Shown here: piece after piece, positions 52,301 through 62,352 of the stretch | Numbering within the stretch: the stretch's first letter is position 1 | How the letters are laid out: every line of letters begins with the position of its first letter | Origin: an uncultured Spirochaetota bacterium | GTDB taxonomy: Bacteria > Spirochaetota > Brevinematia > Brevinematales > JAOACQ01 | Assembly: GCA_963783575.1 (NCBI GenBank) | Contig: CAWAOD010000004.1 | Span: 160,001-224,000 of the forward strand | Direction of reading: 5' to 3' | DNA length: 64,000 nucleotides | Notes under the pieces: generated by a model | Told to the model about the DNA's origin: nothing | What the model saw: the letters and a program-made list of their open reading frames with translations, nothing else | Databases searched by the model: none | Position numbers and translations under genes: made by a program

Positions 52301-53821
52301 TCCCCTGTCGGGGATGGTTCCGCCTGAAGTATAGATAAGGTAAAGAGTTCCTTCTTTAGCTTTGATTTTATTTTCCATCCTGTCGATTGATACCCTTGGC
52401 CTCAATTCCCGGACTCTTGAGTCTGCATAACGCCCCGCGAGCATCTCGAGGACAAGCTCGTACTGCTTTCCCGACAGGTTCCTGTATGGATAGGATGTTC
52501 TTAAGAAATTATAAAGCCCGGTGATGTCCCATTCTTCCACACCCGTCATTGATAATATGACCTGCGCTAAAACATCAAGGGGACAGTCGACCGGTACAAC
52601 CGGTTCGGTGTCACGCGCCGTAATGCCTTCGGAAATAACCGCCGCTTCAAGAAAATCATGGCCATGAGTCGGGAAAAGCTTCCCGGCGCTAATTTCTCCA
52701 ACCTTATGGCCTGAACGACCGATGCGCTGTACCGCCGATGATAATGACCGGGGCGTCTGGATCAGGACAACCTCGTCAAGGTCGCCGATGTCAATTCCAA
52801 GTTCAAGCGAATTGGTCGCGACAATGGCCTTTAATTCGCCGTTTTTAAGCTTTTCCTCAACCGCGAGCCTGAGTTCCCTTGAAATTGAGCCATGATGCGA
52901 ATAGGCTATGATCTCTTCCTCGTTTTCATTGATGAGCCTTGTCACTTTTTCCGCTGTCCTGCGGCTGTTTGCAAAAAGAAGTGTAGATTTGTTTTTTGCT
53001 ATGATCTTCTTGAACTCCCCAGCAAGAACAGGCCACCATGAATCGTCTGTGATTTTTTCCCTAGCGTCCTCCGGAAAATCGACCTCGATCCTGTATTGCT
53101 TGATTAAGCCGGAATGAATAACCGTAACCTTTCGCTTTGAATACCGGGGATTTTCCGGGCCTCCGGAAATTTCGAACCCTCCGGTAAAATCAGCCGCGGT
53201 CTGAAGCGGTTTTATTGTTGCCGATAAAGCGATCCTCTGGAAATTACCGCATAAAGGCACAAGGCGGTCTACCGCGGTTATAAGATGCGTCCCTCTTTTA
53301 TCGCCGATAATCGCGTGAATTTCATCAAGGATTACAACAGAAACCCCTGTAAGCATCGCCCGGCCGTTTTTGGAACTGAGAAGTATATTAAGACTTTCCG
53401 GGGTGGTTATAAGTATTTCCGGAGGATACTTAAACATTCTGCGCCTTTCTTCGGGTGTCGAATCCCCGCTTCTGGTTTGAACCTGAATCTCCGGGAATGG
53501 AATGTTTGTTTTAATAAAATATTCCTTCAATTCCTTCAGCGGTGTTGTCAGATTACGGCGGATGTCGTTGTTTAAAGCCTTCATAGGTGAAATGTATAGA
53601 ACCCCGGTTTTGCCAGTAGTGTATTCTCCGGTTATGAATTGATTTATTGACCATAGAAAAGCTGTCAGGGTTTTTCCGCTTCCCGTCGGCGCGGTTATTA
53701 AGACGTGGCTGCCGGCCGCAATAACAGGCCATGATTTTGACTGGATGTCGGTCGGCCTGCCGACTTTTTCCTCAAACCATTGCCGTATCAGCGGATGGAA
53801 TAATTCAAGCGGAGATGCCAT
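49316..53821 (-). CDS. lhr: Large ATP-dependent helicase Lhr
   Basis: APTGSGKT, ITTPESL, DEIH, KRG, SAT, SLELGIDIG, QRIGRSGH, GGTIPDRG, GELDEEFV; 1,501 aa. Confidence 0.92.
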   Translation of the reverse strand: MASPLELFHPLIRQWFEEKVGRPTDIQSKSWPVIAAGSHVLITAPTGSGKTLTAFLWSINQFITGEYTTGKTGVLYISPMKALNNDIRRNLTTPLKELKEYFIKTNIPFPEIQVQTRSGDSTPEERRRMFKYPPEILITTPESLNILLSSKNGRAMLTGVSVVILDEIHAIIGDKRGTHLITAVDRLVPLCGNFQRIALSATIKPLQTAADFTGGFEISGGPENPRYSKRKVTVIHSGLIKQYRIEVDFPEDAREKITDDSWWPVLAGEFKKIIAKNKSTLLFANSRRTAEKVTRLINENEEEIIAYSHHGSISRELRLAVEEKLKNGELKAIVATNSLELGIDIGDLDEVVLIQTPRSLSSAVQRIGRSGHKVGEISAGKLFPTHGHDFLEAAVISEGITARDTEPVVPVDCPLDVLAQVILSMTGVEEWDITGLYNFLRTSYPYRNLSGKQYELVLEMLAGRYADSRVRELRPRVSIDRMENKIKAKEGTLYLIYTSGGTIPDRGYFDMRVQDTKAKIGELDEEFVWERNTGDTFALGAQVWRILKITSSDVEVAQVKTNPGIIPFWRAEEMNRDFYYSEKIGIFLEKAEETLSDPYSFKNELKRNYSFQETAAEELANFLLRQKSVTGQALPHRHHILVEHFEDPSNRSDRKQVIIHTLWGGKINRPFALALSAAWEEKFLYPLETMVNNDSIILILPLEFEPFGLFSMVTPENIDGLLRQKLEKTGFFGAKFRENAGRALLLPKADFKKRLPLWLNRLRAKKLMELVMKYQDFPILIETWRTCIHDEFDIENLNMLLDEVRSGKITVSECFTNVPSPFCDSLIWKEINTFMYEDDTPASGNRSNLSDELMREIIYSSQLRPKIPVYLIKTLEDKLKRTAPGYAPASPDDLLDWVKERILIPQNEWVELLNSIEKNSNIEIEDILSQLTEKIILLNVSGAAFPLVCAVESIPLILSGYDISLENLSISPIINTDSTSIINKIVSKLKSYLEKSEPRVSGEEKLQEYTAILAQWLSYYGPVELKKAETLLGLPGILFNDAVQTLAESQAIVIDRISEGGTEIEICDRENLERLLRMARIERQPIFQALEPEYLQLFLAAYQGLTDSAVSLEGLQERLERLFGFPAAAEAWEESIFPARLRPYYKAWLDSLMQSSGLCWFGCGDKKLSFSFSGELGLYIEKRPPKTGKEANSEVMNILPGLRGKFSLFDIAAFTGMSTQKTAEKLWKLAWSGEITSDTFEVIRQGILSRFTPSEIEKNDLPGRVRVSGRRSGLNRWAASRPLSGGWYQPDFGEINSDLIEEEEIIKDRVRQLFLRYGILFREITANELPLLQWGKVFRTLRLMELSGEIVSGYFFRGIPGLQFASFEAYRFLQNKLPEDSVYWMSAIDPASLCGIKLDALRGRFPRRIGSNHIAYHGKEIVLISQKNGENLNIKVPPGHPGLPDYLEFFKVLLTREFNPLNSITVETINGKPALESEYKAGLKAFGFTGGYKRLELWKKY

Positions 53822-53873
53822 AATAAACCTCTTTGCCGTAAATATTAAACAAAGGGATTTATTATGTCAAATA

Positions 53874-54969
53874 CTATTTATCTTCGGCCGCAGCCGATTT
53901 AAGCAATCCGTTTACCCATTCCCTGTTCTTCCAGAGAGCGCAGCCGTCGCGTGTTTCCGCAAGAAGACCGTGATTATCCCGCAGTTTTTTGATGAATACC
54001 GATTGGAGCGCCTCGGTAAGGCTTTTATCAAGTAAATTCGTGTCTGAAAAAGGCGCCAGAGGGCAGGGTTCCAGGTCTCCCGAGGCGTTTATATGGACAA
54101 AACCACGGCCTGAAGCCAGGCACCCGCCGGATTCTTCCTCGTCCCAAGGTACCCCGATAAATACCGCTTTAAACCGCTTTTTGAGCGAACCTAAAACATC
54201 CTTCATGTCATTGCGCTGTTTTTCCGTGATAACCCAATCCTCAGTCTCTTTACGGATAGGAGTATATTCAAGAAACAGGAAAAATCCGCACCCGCTTTTT
54301 ATCGCGTTATCTATAAATTTTTCATCAGTAACGATGTCAAAATTAGATCTTGTCATTGTTATCGAGACGCTGAAGAACACACCTTCTTTTTTCAATTCCG
54401 CCATTTTGCTTTCCAGCCTCTTATGTACTCCGGCTCCCCGTCTTTCGTCCGTTTCCATCTGAGTTCCCTCAATACTCAAAGCCGGAATTGTGTTTCTGCG
54501 GCTGGCTAGCTGTTTTATCTTATCACTGTCCAGAAGAAGCCCGTTTGTAGCCATCAGGAACAAAACCCCGGGAAATTCTCTCGTGATGTCCATGATCTCC
54601 GGCCTCATGAGCGGCTCCCCTCCCGCGATAATAAAAAATGATACCCCGAGATCTTCCGCTTCACCGATAATTTCCCTCATTTTTGAGGGGCTTAAAACAT
54701 CCGATGATTCTTCGCGGATAGCCTGCGCGTAACAGCCTTTGCATTTCAGGTTGCACCTGTTAGTTACGCTGAAAATTATTATCGGCGGGACCTGGAGTCC
54801 GCGTCCACGCATAATATTTCTTCGATGAGCCGCTCTTAACTGCTGGAAGACCACTTTTAAAAAAAACAATGCCTGCCATGGGCGGGTCAGGGTAACCCTT
54901 ACGAATTCTGAGAAAAAAATCCGGAGACCCCTTATTCAGTGTTGAAACATAGTACTGGTCTTTAATCAT
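53874..54969 (-). CDS. Radical SAM protein with SPASM/twitch-like C-terminus, frameshift near 54930
   Basis: TNRCNLKCKGC, GGEPL and GCLASGRGFVHIN...EPCP motifs. Confidence 0.85.
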
Positions 54970-55193
54970 ACGAAAAATCCTCTCAATATTGTTTGTAATG
55001 TCAAAAGTTTTTATTGTAAGGTTAAATAACTTATTACTCTGTTAAAAATAACAGATGATTTCATGATCCCCCCTCCTGCGGAGGGGTTGAGTGTGGGTTT
55101 TTCTAACAATATTTCACCGGGTTATATTTTACCTGTCAGCCTGATTTATAGCAATAATAAACAGGGCTTAGCCGGATGGTATAATATATAATA

Positions 55194-55524
55194 TTATTTT
55201 GCATTTCCTTCAAGAGCGTTTTCGACAGCCTTCAGGATTGCCTTGCTTGTAGTGCTCGCGCCGCTTACGGTATCAACGTTGGGTGATTGTTTTTCCAGGA
55301 TTTTTTGAATTACGCCTTCGGCCTTTTTCGCGTATGCCGTGTTCCGGTTCGTAATCATTTTAATACCTGCGATTTTGTGATCTTTCACTGTCACAGACAC
55401 CCTGTAATCGAATTTTCCATACTTGAATCCTAATCATCGACCTGACTTTTTTTACTTCACCGCTGCAGGACAAAATCGAAAAGATTAAAAGCAAAGCCGG
55501 AATAATCCAAATTTTATTATTCAT
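55194..55524 (-). pseudogene. FMN-binding-domain lipoprotein, frame broken near 55430
   Basis: Lipobox ILSC in one frame; FKYGKFDYRVSVTV...VDTVSGASTTS (flavinylation-type motif) in another. Confidence 0.7.
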
Positions 55525-55704
55525 AAATAAAACCTCATTATCCATTAATATATCAGCAAGAATTGGATTTTTCAACAATAGAAAAGGTGGTCAATTAAGA
55601 ATGATTCATCCCGATGGAAGGAAAATATGATCCCTTTTCTCAGTAAGTTGACCGAGCGCTTAAAGATGAAGATAAGAATTATTTTTGTATACACACGAAA
55701 AGGT

Positions 55705-57072
55705 TTATGTTCCTGCCGGTTCCAGACATCGTTTCTCGGTTTTTAAGAGTTTCAGCTCCTTCAATATAAAAAAGCCTGTCAGGATTGTTGATAGCCCGTC
55801 CGCGGTTGGACCGGCCATCCAGATTCCGTTCAGTCCGAAAAATATAGGAAGTATAAGCACTGCAGGTATCAACAGCAGAACCGACCGCGATAAACCAAGC
55901 AACATTGAATGCCTGGGCTTTCCGATATATTGAAAATAGCTTGCTCCGCTGATCTGGAAGCCTATGAATGGAAGGAAAGCCAGGAAAATCCGCAAGCCTT
56001 TTGATCCGATCTCTATCATCTTCCTGTCATTGTTTGAAAACGCTGAAATTATAAATGGAGAAAATGTCTGAATCAGTATAAATCCGGCAAGTGAAATAAT
56101 AGTCGCGTTCATTATTGACAATAAAAGTGTTTTTCTTACCCTGGGGCAATCTTTCGCGCCGTAATTAAACCCTACAATAGGCTGGGCGCCCATGTTCAAA
56201 CCGAAAACCGGCATTATGATGAGAAGCATTATGCTGTTAATAGCTCCCCAGGCTGATACCGCGATATTCCCGCCGTATATTAAAAGCTGTTTATTTAATA
56301 TCGCTGCAAGTATCGAAATGGAAATCTGTATGGAAAACTGGGCCATACCGATTGACAGTATTCTTTTGATTATAGTGACATCCGGTACCAGGTTTCTAAA
56401 ACGCAGGCGAAGCAGACTTCGCTTTGAATAAAAAAAGCCTATAACAAGTAAGCTGACTATGGCCTGTGCCATAACAGTCGCGGTTGCGGAACCGGCGATA
56501 CCCATTTTGAAAACAAAAATAAAAATATAACAAAAAACGGCGTTCAATATCGCACCCGTAATTTGTGTAAACATGCTGTAAACCGGGCTTCCTTCCGCCC
56601 GAATTATGTTATTTATGCCGAAACCGACAGATTGGAAAATCGAACCTAAAATAATTATCCTTGAAAATATCTCGGCGTAAGGGTAAACCTCCGGGCTTGC
56701 TCCGAATATGGTAAGGATTTGCTTTAAGAAGACCAGTCCTGCCGCCACTACAACCGCTGAAAGTATAAAAAAGATAAGAAGTGCGTTTCCCAGGGCCCTT
56801 TCCGCCTCTTCTTTTTTCTTCTGGCCTAAATAAATCGAAATAGCGCTGGCTCCACCGTACCCGACAAGTACACCCAGAGCGAGAAGAATCAGCATTATAG
56901 GAAAGCTGACCATCACTCCCGCAATGGCCAGCGATCCCACTCCTCTTCCGACAAAAATTCTGTCTACAACCCCGTATAATGCGTTAATTACCATTGATCC
57001 GATAGATGGGACCGCGAAACTCCAAAGGAGCTTACTTATACTTTGACTGCCTAACCTGTTTTTTCTTTCCAT
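55705..57072 (-). CDS. MATE-family efflux transporter (MepA-like)
   Basis: YGVVDRIFVG, IRAEG and QPIVGFNYGA motifs; about 12 TM helices. Confidence 0.92.
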   Translation of the reverse strand: MERKNRLGSQSISKLLWSFAVPSIGSMVINALYGVVDRIFVGRGVGSLAIAGVMVSFPIMLILLALGVLVGYGGASAISIYLGQKKKEEAERALGNALLIFFILSAVVVAAGLVFLKQILTIFGASPEVYPYAEIFSRIIILGSIFQSVGFGINNIIRAEGSPVYSMFTQITGAILNAVFCYIFIFVFKMGIAGSATATVMAQAIVSLLVIGFFYSKRSLLRLRFRNLVPDVTIIKRILSIGMAQFSIQISISILAAILNKQLLIYGGNIAVSAWGAINSIMLLIIMPVFGLNMGAQPIVGFNYGAKDCPRVRKTLLLSIMNATIISLAGFILIQTFSPFIISAFSNNDRKMIEIGSKGLRIFLAFLPFIGFQISGASYFQYIGKPRHSMLLGLSRSVLLLIPAVLILPIFFGLNGIWMAGPTADGLSTILTGFFILKELKLLKTEKRCLEPAGT

Positions 57073-57210
57073 AACTATACACTTATTGTTTATTAATTGA
57101 AACATAAGCTTCAATTCACCAATAAATTAAGTTAATCATCCCATTATGGATAAGTCAAATGAAAAATCTTAATATTATTTAATTTTGAATACAGGAAAGG
57201 GCAAAATTGC

Positions 57211-57849
57211 TTAAAGGGCTTTTTCCCGTCCGCGAATCAAGCCCATTCCAAGGATCAGGCACCCGACCGATAAGACAAAAATGCCGGCCACACCGACATA
57301 CGTGGAAAGAGCCGGCCCAATGGCATATACAACTGCTCCGGCAAGTATTAAAATGGCTGCGCTCATGTGAAATTTACGGGATATAATCAGGGAAATACAG
57401 AAAATTAATATGCCCAAAAAGATGGAACCCTTAAAAATAATCCCGAAAAGGGAAAATAATGGCGAGTGAAAGATTATACCGTCGCGAAATAATGGAATTG
57501 AAGGACCGTAAGAAACGATTGCCGGGAAAATGAATATCTCCCATGCAAGCTGGCAGGCTTGAAATATATAGGCCAATTCGACGAAAATAAATCCCAATAA
57601 GCCCAAAATTCCGGCATTTGCATAAATGCGGGAATATACGCCGGCAAACCCGAAAACCATCAGCAAAACTCCGATGAAAGAGATTGTTGAAATCAATACC
57701 CAGTTCGGATTGCTGATAATAATTGTAATATCGGAGATCTTTTCCTTTACAGGCATAATTAACGGCCGCAATACCGCGTAAGCTGTCAGCAAAAACGCTC
57801 CCGCAATCAGGGAAATGCCTCCGAGACGCTGAATTGACGATAATTTCAT
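57211..57849 (-). CDS. Hypothetical integral membrane protein
   Basis: About 6 TM helices, GGAG RBS. Confidence 0.7.
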   Translation of the reverse strand: MKLSSIQRLGGISLIAGAFLLTAYAVLRPLIMPVKEKISDITIIISNPNWVLISTISFIGVLLMVFGFAGVYSRIYANAGILGLLGFIFVELAYIFQACQLAWEIFIFPAIVSYGPSIPLFRDGIIFHSPLFSLFGIIFKGSIFLGILIFCISLIISRKFHMSAAILILAGAVVYAIGPALSTYVGVAGIFVLSVGCLILGMGLIRGREKAL

Positions 57850-57988
57850 TTTAACTCCTTTCTTTAAGTGAAATTTAAAAAATAGAATAAATCTTACAAT
57901 ATGATATTGTAAACTATTGTCAAATAAATTTCAAAAAATGCAATTTCTGCAGGGTTGTTTCATAACCGGCATTTGCCGGACAAGGGGC

Positions 57989-59305
57989 TTAAGCCCCTTG
58001 AATATCCTTAATTTCTTTCAAATTAACCGCCCAGATATCAAGAATAAGCATAATTACCGCGGAACCTGCAAATACATAAACCAGCGGCAGATTCTGCGAT
58101 AAAAACCCGCCCATAAAATACCCGATGGGTACGATCAAAGATGTCAATGAATAATAAAAGCCCCAGAACCTTCCCCTGAATTCTTCCGCGGTGTGCTTCT
58201 GGAAGATCACATTTATCGGGATATTGAAAAATGTAACGGCAATACCTATTACAACTGATAAGGATGCGACAATATATGTTATTCCCCAAATATCGAAAAA
58301 TAATCTTAACGGCGTGAATACGGTAATAATAAATATCACCTGCGCGATGCAGAAAACAAGCAGCCCCCAGAATATCGATGTTTTCAGCTTATACCTGTTC
58401 ATTATAACCGGTACGATCAATGATGCTGTGATCATCCCCAGGAATATCGAACCGGTGGCTATTGATAATTGAAAGGATGTCGCTTTAAGAACAACATTGA
58501 ATATGTAAGGAAAATAAATATAGCCTATCGGGAAAATAATTAAATTATATATCGAGTACATTATGATTAATTTATAGATTAGCTTATTTCCCCTGACATA
58601 ACGCAAGCCTTCGGCAAGTTCTGAGGCGGCTATCTTTAATTCCTTAAATAAAGCAGATCTTTGTTTATTTATTAATCTCTCTTTTAATGGAACATTTAAG
58701 ATGAATTCCATAAATCCTGAAATGAAATAAGACGCGGCGTTCAGTACAAAAATCACAAAAATTCCCGCCCGGTTGTACAAAAAGCCCCCTATCAGCATCC
58801 CTGTAAGAGCGCAGAAACTCCAGCTGAAATTGTTATACGACGTTGCCCGGGTCAATTGCTTTTCTTCCACAACATCAGGTATTATGGATGAGGATGCCGG
58901 TGTGAATATCGACCCGCAGAATCCAAGAAAAATAGCACTTATATAAAGCATCCATATCTGGAGAAGATGGTTGAATAAAATCGACGCTGCAGCAATAACA
59001 ATAATTCCCCGGATTATATCCATCCAGACCATAATATTTTTTCTGTTAAAGATGTCAGCGATAACTCCGCCGAAGGGAGAAATTAACGCGACGGTTGCCG
59101 TATCTATTACAAGGAAAGCGGCCATCAGCAAGCCGGATTTTGTAATGTCAAGAATATACCAGCTTAAGGCAAAAGCATAAATTTGATCCATCAACAGAGA
59201 AACAACTTTCCCGTAAAAGAGCAGCATAAAATTCCGGTTTAAAAGAACACTTGCTGACTTTGAGATTACATCTTCATTTACATCAATAGTCAAAATTGAA
59301 TCCAT
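57989..59305 (-). CDS. MFS transporter (macrolide-efflux-like)
   Basis: NRNFMLLF, GVIADIFNRK and EEFRGR motifs; 12 TM helices. Confidence 0.9.
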   Translation of the reverse strand: MDSILTIDVNEDVISKSASVLLNRNFMLLFYGKVVSLLMDQIYAFALSWYILDITKSGLLMAAFLVIDTATVALISPFGGVIADIFNRKNIMVWMDIIRGIIVIAAASILFNHLLQIWMLYISAIFLGFCGSIFTPASSSIIPDVVEEKQLTRATSYNNFSWSFCALTGMLIGGFLYNRAGIFVIFVLNAASYFISGFMEFILNVPLKERLINKQRSALFKELKIAASELAEGLRYVRGNKLIYKLIIMYSIYNLIIFPIGYIYFPYIFNVVLKATSFQLSIATGSIFLGMITASLIVPVIMNRYKLKTSIFWGLLVFCIAQVIFIITVFTPLRLFFDIWGITYIVASLSVVIGIAVTFFNIPINVIFQKHTAEEFRGRFWGFYYSLTSLIVPIGYFMGGFLSQNLPLVYVFAGSAVIMLILDIWAVNLKEIKDIQGA

Positions 59306-59335
59306 TCATAGATATTCAATCCTTTTACGGAAGAT

Positions 59336-59748
59336 TTATTTCCTTAGCTTGATAATGATTGATATTATATGCGCCGGGCTTTTAAAATTTTCTTCATTAT
59401 TAATATTAAGCCTCAACGCGTAACCCTCCGGATATTTTTGAGCCGATTGCAGTTTATTTTTATATCTTCTTCAATATCGCTTTGAAGAAGCGCTTCCCTT
59501 TCATTTTCCCGGATTGCAAAACCAATGTTGAAATTATTCCGCAAGGGAGTAATATAAAAAAGAGATTTTTTCTTATTAAATACCTTGTAAATCCAGCCGC
59601 TTTTTTTGTTGTAAAATTTCCATTCGTGTGAAAATTCCTTTATCATTCCTTCCAGTTTCTCAAAAAAAGTATATGCTTCGATAAGTGTCGGTTTCAGCAA
59701 AGCTTCATCCGGCATTAAACCTTTTTCATTTAATACAATATCGATCAT
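59336..59748 (-). CDS. DUF3788-like protein, frameshift near 59450
   Basis: EWKFYNKKSGW; the alternative frame continues AQKYPEGYALRL to a stop at 59336. Confidence 0.65.
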
Positions 59749-59766
59749 AATAATCTTCCCGTCCCA

Positions 59767-61026
59767 TCAATCGCTTTTTAATATAAGATTGAATTCGTAT
59801 GCGAGATTGAGGAGCCCCATTTTATTTTCAACCCCGGTTTTCTGGTATATATTATGCATATGGCTTTCTACAGTCCTTTCTGTAATGCATAGCAAAACGC
59901 CTATTTCACGGTTCGATTTCCCGGTTGCACAAAGTTCTATAATCTCAAATTCCCTACCGGTAATATTGAATGCGATCTTCATTTGTTTTTTCCCTTTATT
60001 TTCCTTCGAAATAATCAGTATACCGATAGTATCCGAGTATTGATCTGCAATTACGGAGATATATGAATCGGTTATTACGGGATCGGGTTCATGTTTATAA
60101 ATAATTCTGCAGTTAATACCGGTAAATTTCCCTTTTATTATTTGATCTATTTTTTCCTTTACATTTTCTGAAAAATTCATTATATCAAATATAAGTTTAT
60201 TTCTTGCTTCCTCTTTTGAGATTGATAAAAGCAAGGGAAATTTATTATTTACAGTTATAATTCTTAAATCCGAGTTCAATATGATAACAATTTCATTTAT
60301 GTTGTCAAGTATCTCACCGGCCACAATCGAATGGCCCGCGTTCATAAACTTGAATTTTATTATAATGAACCAAACATGCCAGGATAATACGATCGTTATT
60401 GAAATTATCAGAATCGGGTATAAATCTGACTTAAAAATCGGGGCAAAAAGAAATATCAATCCTAATATTGCATGAAAAATAAGGCAGCCCCAAAAATAAT
60501 ACCCAGCCTGTTTTTTTTCCCTATTTCTCCCGGATTTTTTCCCCCACATGCCTATCATCAAGTCGTGACCTTCTAGAAATAAAATGCATGCCGTAACAAA
60601 AAACAGAAGTAAAGGCGCTGCCGTTTTACCCTGTTCAATCCAGGCATTTCCAAGCCATGTTTGTTCATTCCAGGTTAAGAGCCCTATAAATCCTTTAATT
60701 GCAAAATACAGTCCGGGGATATGAATTAATGTTAGAAGGGGCCAGTGATCAAGCTTTTTATTTTTTGTATGAAGAACGGCAAAGTGAAAAGAAAAACTGC
60801 CGATTAATAGACATATATAAGTAAAATACTGAAGCCAGGCCCTTGGAGATCCTTTTACCGAAGACGGAGCCAGAATCATGAAGGAAATAAACCATAGAGA
60901 AATTAATATATATAAAAAAGAAAAAACCATGTTTGATCTTGAGTGGCGGTCAATGTAAAAAATATATATACTGACAAAAATGAAACTTATCGATGCCAGA
61001 TACAATAAGAAATAAAAAAGGCTCAT
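59767..61026 (-). CDS. Membrane sensor (7TM-type)-PAS-LuxR HTH regulator, paralogue 3
   Basis: About 7 TM helices, PAS-like segment, ITGREFEII...GKSNREIG...ITERTVESHMHNIYQK. Confidence 0.88.
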   Translation of the reverse strand: MSLFYFLLYLASISFIFVSIYIFYIDRHSRSNMVFSFLYILISLWFISFMILAPSSVKGSPRAWLQYFTYICLLIGSFSFHFAVLHTKNKKLDHWPLLTLIHIPGLYFAIKGFIGLLTWNEQTWLGNAWIEQGKTAAPLLLFFVTACILFLEGHDLMIGMWGKKSGRNREKKQAGYYFWGCLIFHAILGLIFLFAPIFKSDLYPILIISITIVLSWHVWFIIIKFKFMNAGHSIVAGEILDNINEIVIILNSDLRIITVNNKFPLLLSISKEEARNKLIFDIMNFSENVKEKIDQIIKGKFTGINCRIIYKHEPDPVITDSYISVIADQYSDTIGILIISKENKGKKQMKIAFNITGREFEIIELCATGKSNREIGVLLCITERTVESHMHNIYQKTGVENKMGLLNLAYEFNLILKSD

Positions 61027-61035
61027 ATGATTACC

Positions 61036-62317
61036 TCAATGGAAAGTTTCGCTCTGTATTATATTGAAATCATGGGCAAGACCAAGCAATTCGATTTTGC
61101 TGCTTATACCTAGTTTATTATAAATATTGTTTAAATGAGCTTCAACAGTCCTTTCAGTAATTCCAAGCTTTTCGCCAATCTCGCGGTTGGAAAGACCGGA
61201 TACAGAGAATTCTATGATATCATACTCGCGGTCCGTGATCTTATAAGCGGTTTGCATCTGTTTTATCCCGGTATTCTCCCTGGATATCAAAAGTATGCCG
61301 ATCAGGTCGGAAAATTGATCGGTAACCATTGAAATATAAGAATCCGTTAAAATCGGTTCATGATCTTTTTTATAATATATTTTACACCGCAGTTTTTCTT
61401 TCCTGCCTTCGGTTATACACATAAAATAATTTTTTATCTTGTCATCTTCGTAAATATAATCAAAAATGTTTTTGTCTTTGATGCTTTTTTCATCTACGGA
61501 CAATAGCTCGCGAAATTTATCATTAACTGTGAATATTTTAAGTTCGGCGCTCATTATCACAACCATTTCATTGATGTGTGAGATTATTTTCATGAGAGGT
61601 CAATGAGGGTGTGGGCGCCATGAATTTATATTTAACCATTGCATACCAGATCCCGAACATCCAGATAAGTGTGATAATTTGAGGTATTTTGGGTACACTA
61701 TGAATATTAAGCGCCGGTAATACATTTTGCAGTACGATATTTATAACAATTGAGATAAATGCTGTGATGAAAATGATTCTTGCCTGTTTTTTTTCTCTTA
61801 AACTGCCGGTTTTATTATACCATAATAAAATCAATATTAAGCAGGCTGATAGGATGCCAATATAATAAACCGTATAAGCAATAAACCATGGCGAAACAAC
61901 AGAATAAACAGGCCCCCATCCGTGTTTATATTTAACAAAATCTGATACAGTTAAAACACCTGTAAGTCCCTTGATAATAAATACTATTCCAGGAATATAA
62001 ATCAAAGGATAAAATTTCCTTAATTGTAAATTTTTTACCTTCAAAGTGAGAATAAGAAAATAATGAAGAAGAAGGGCGGGAAAAAAAACAAGCAAAGGAA
62101 GGGATAATTTGAAAAACAGCCAGCAGTTTCCCTTGCTATCGGAAGAAACCAGAAAAGAATAATTGAAAGACCAGACGGAAAAAACAATGCACAGGACAAA
62201 AAATAATTTATGGAAAGGACCGTTTATTTTATTTTTTTTATATAATAAAAGAATATAAAAGCCAAAATATATATATATCATGAATGCAATAATAAAGAAA
62301 AGAGATAAAACGTTCAT
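61036..62317 (-). CDS. Membrane sensor-PAS-LuxR regulator, paralogue 2, frameshift near 61590
   Basis: ORFs 61568..62317 and 61036..61593 together align end to end with 62353..63630. Confidence 0.88.
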
Positions 62318-62352
62318 TTTATTCTCCTATTACAATTACCTTAATAATTTTA

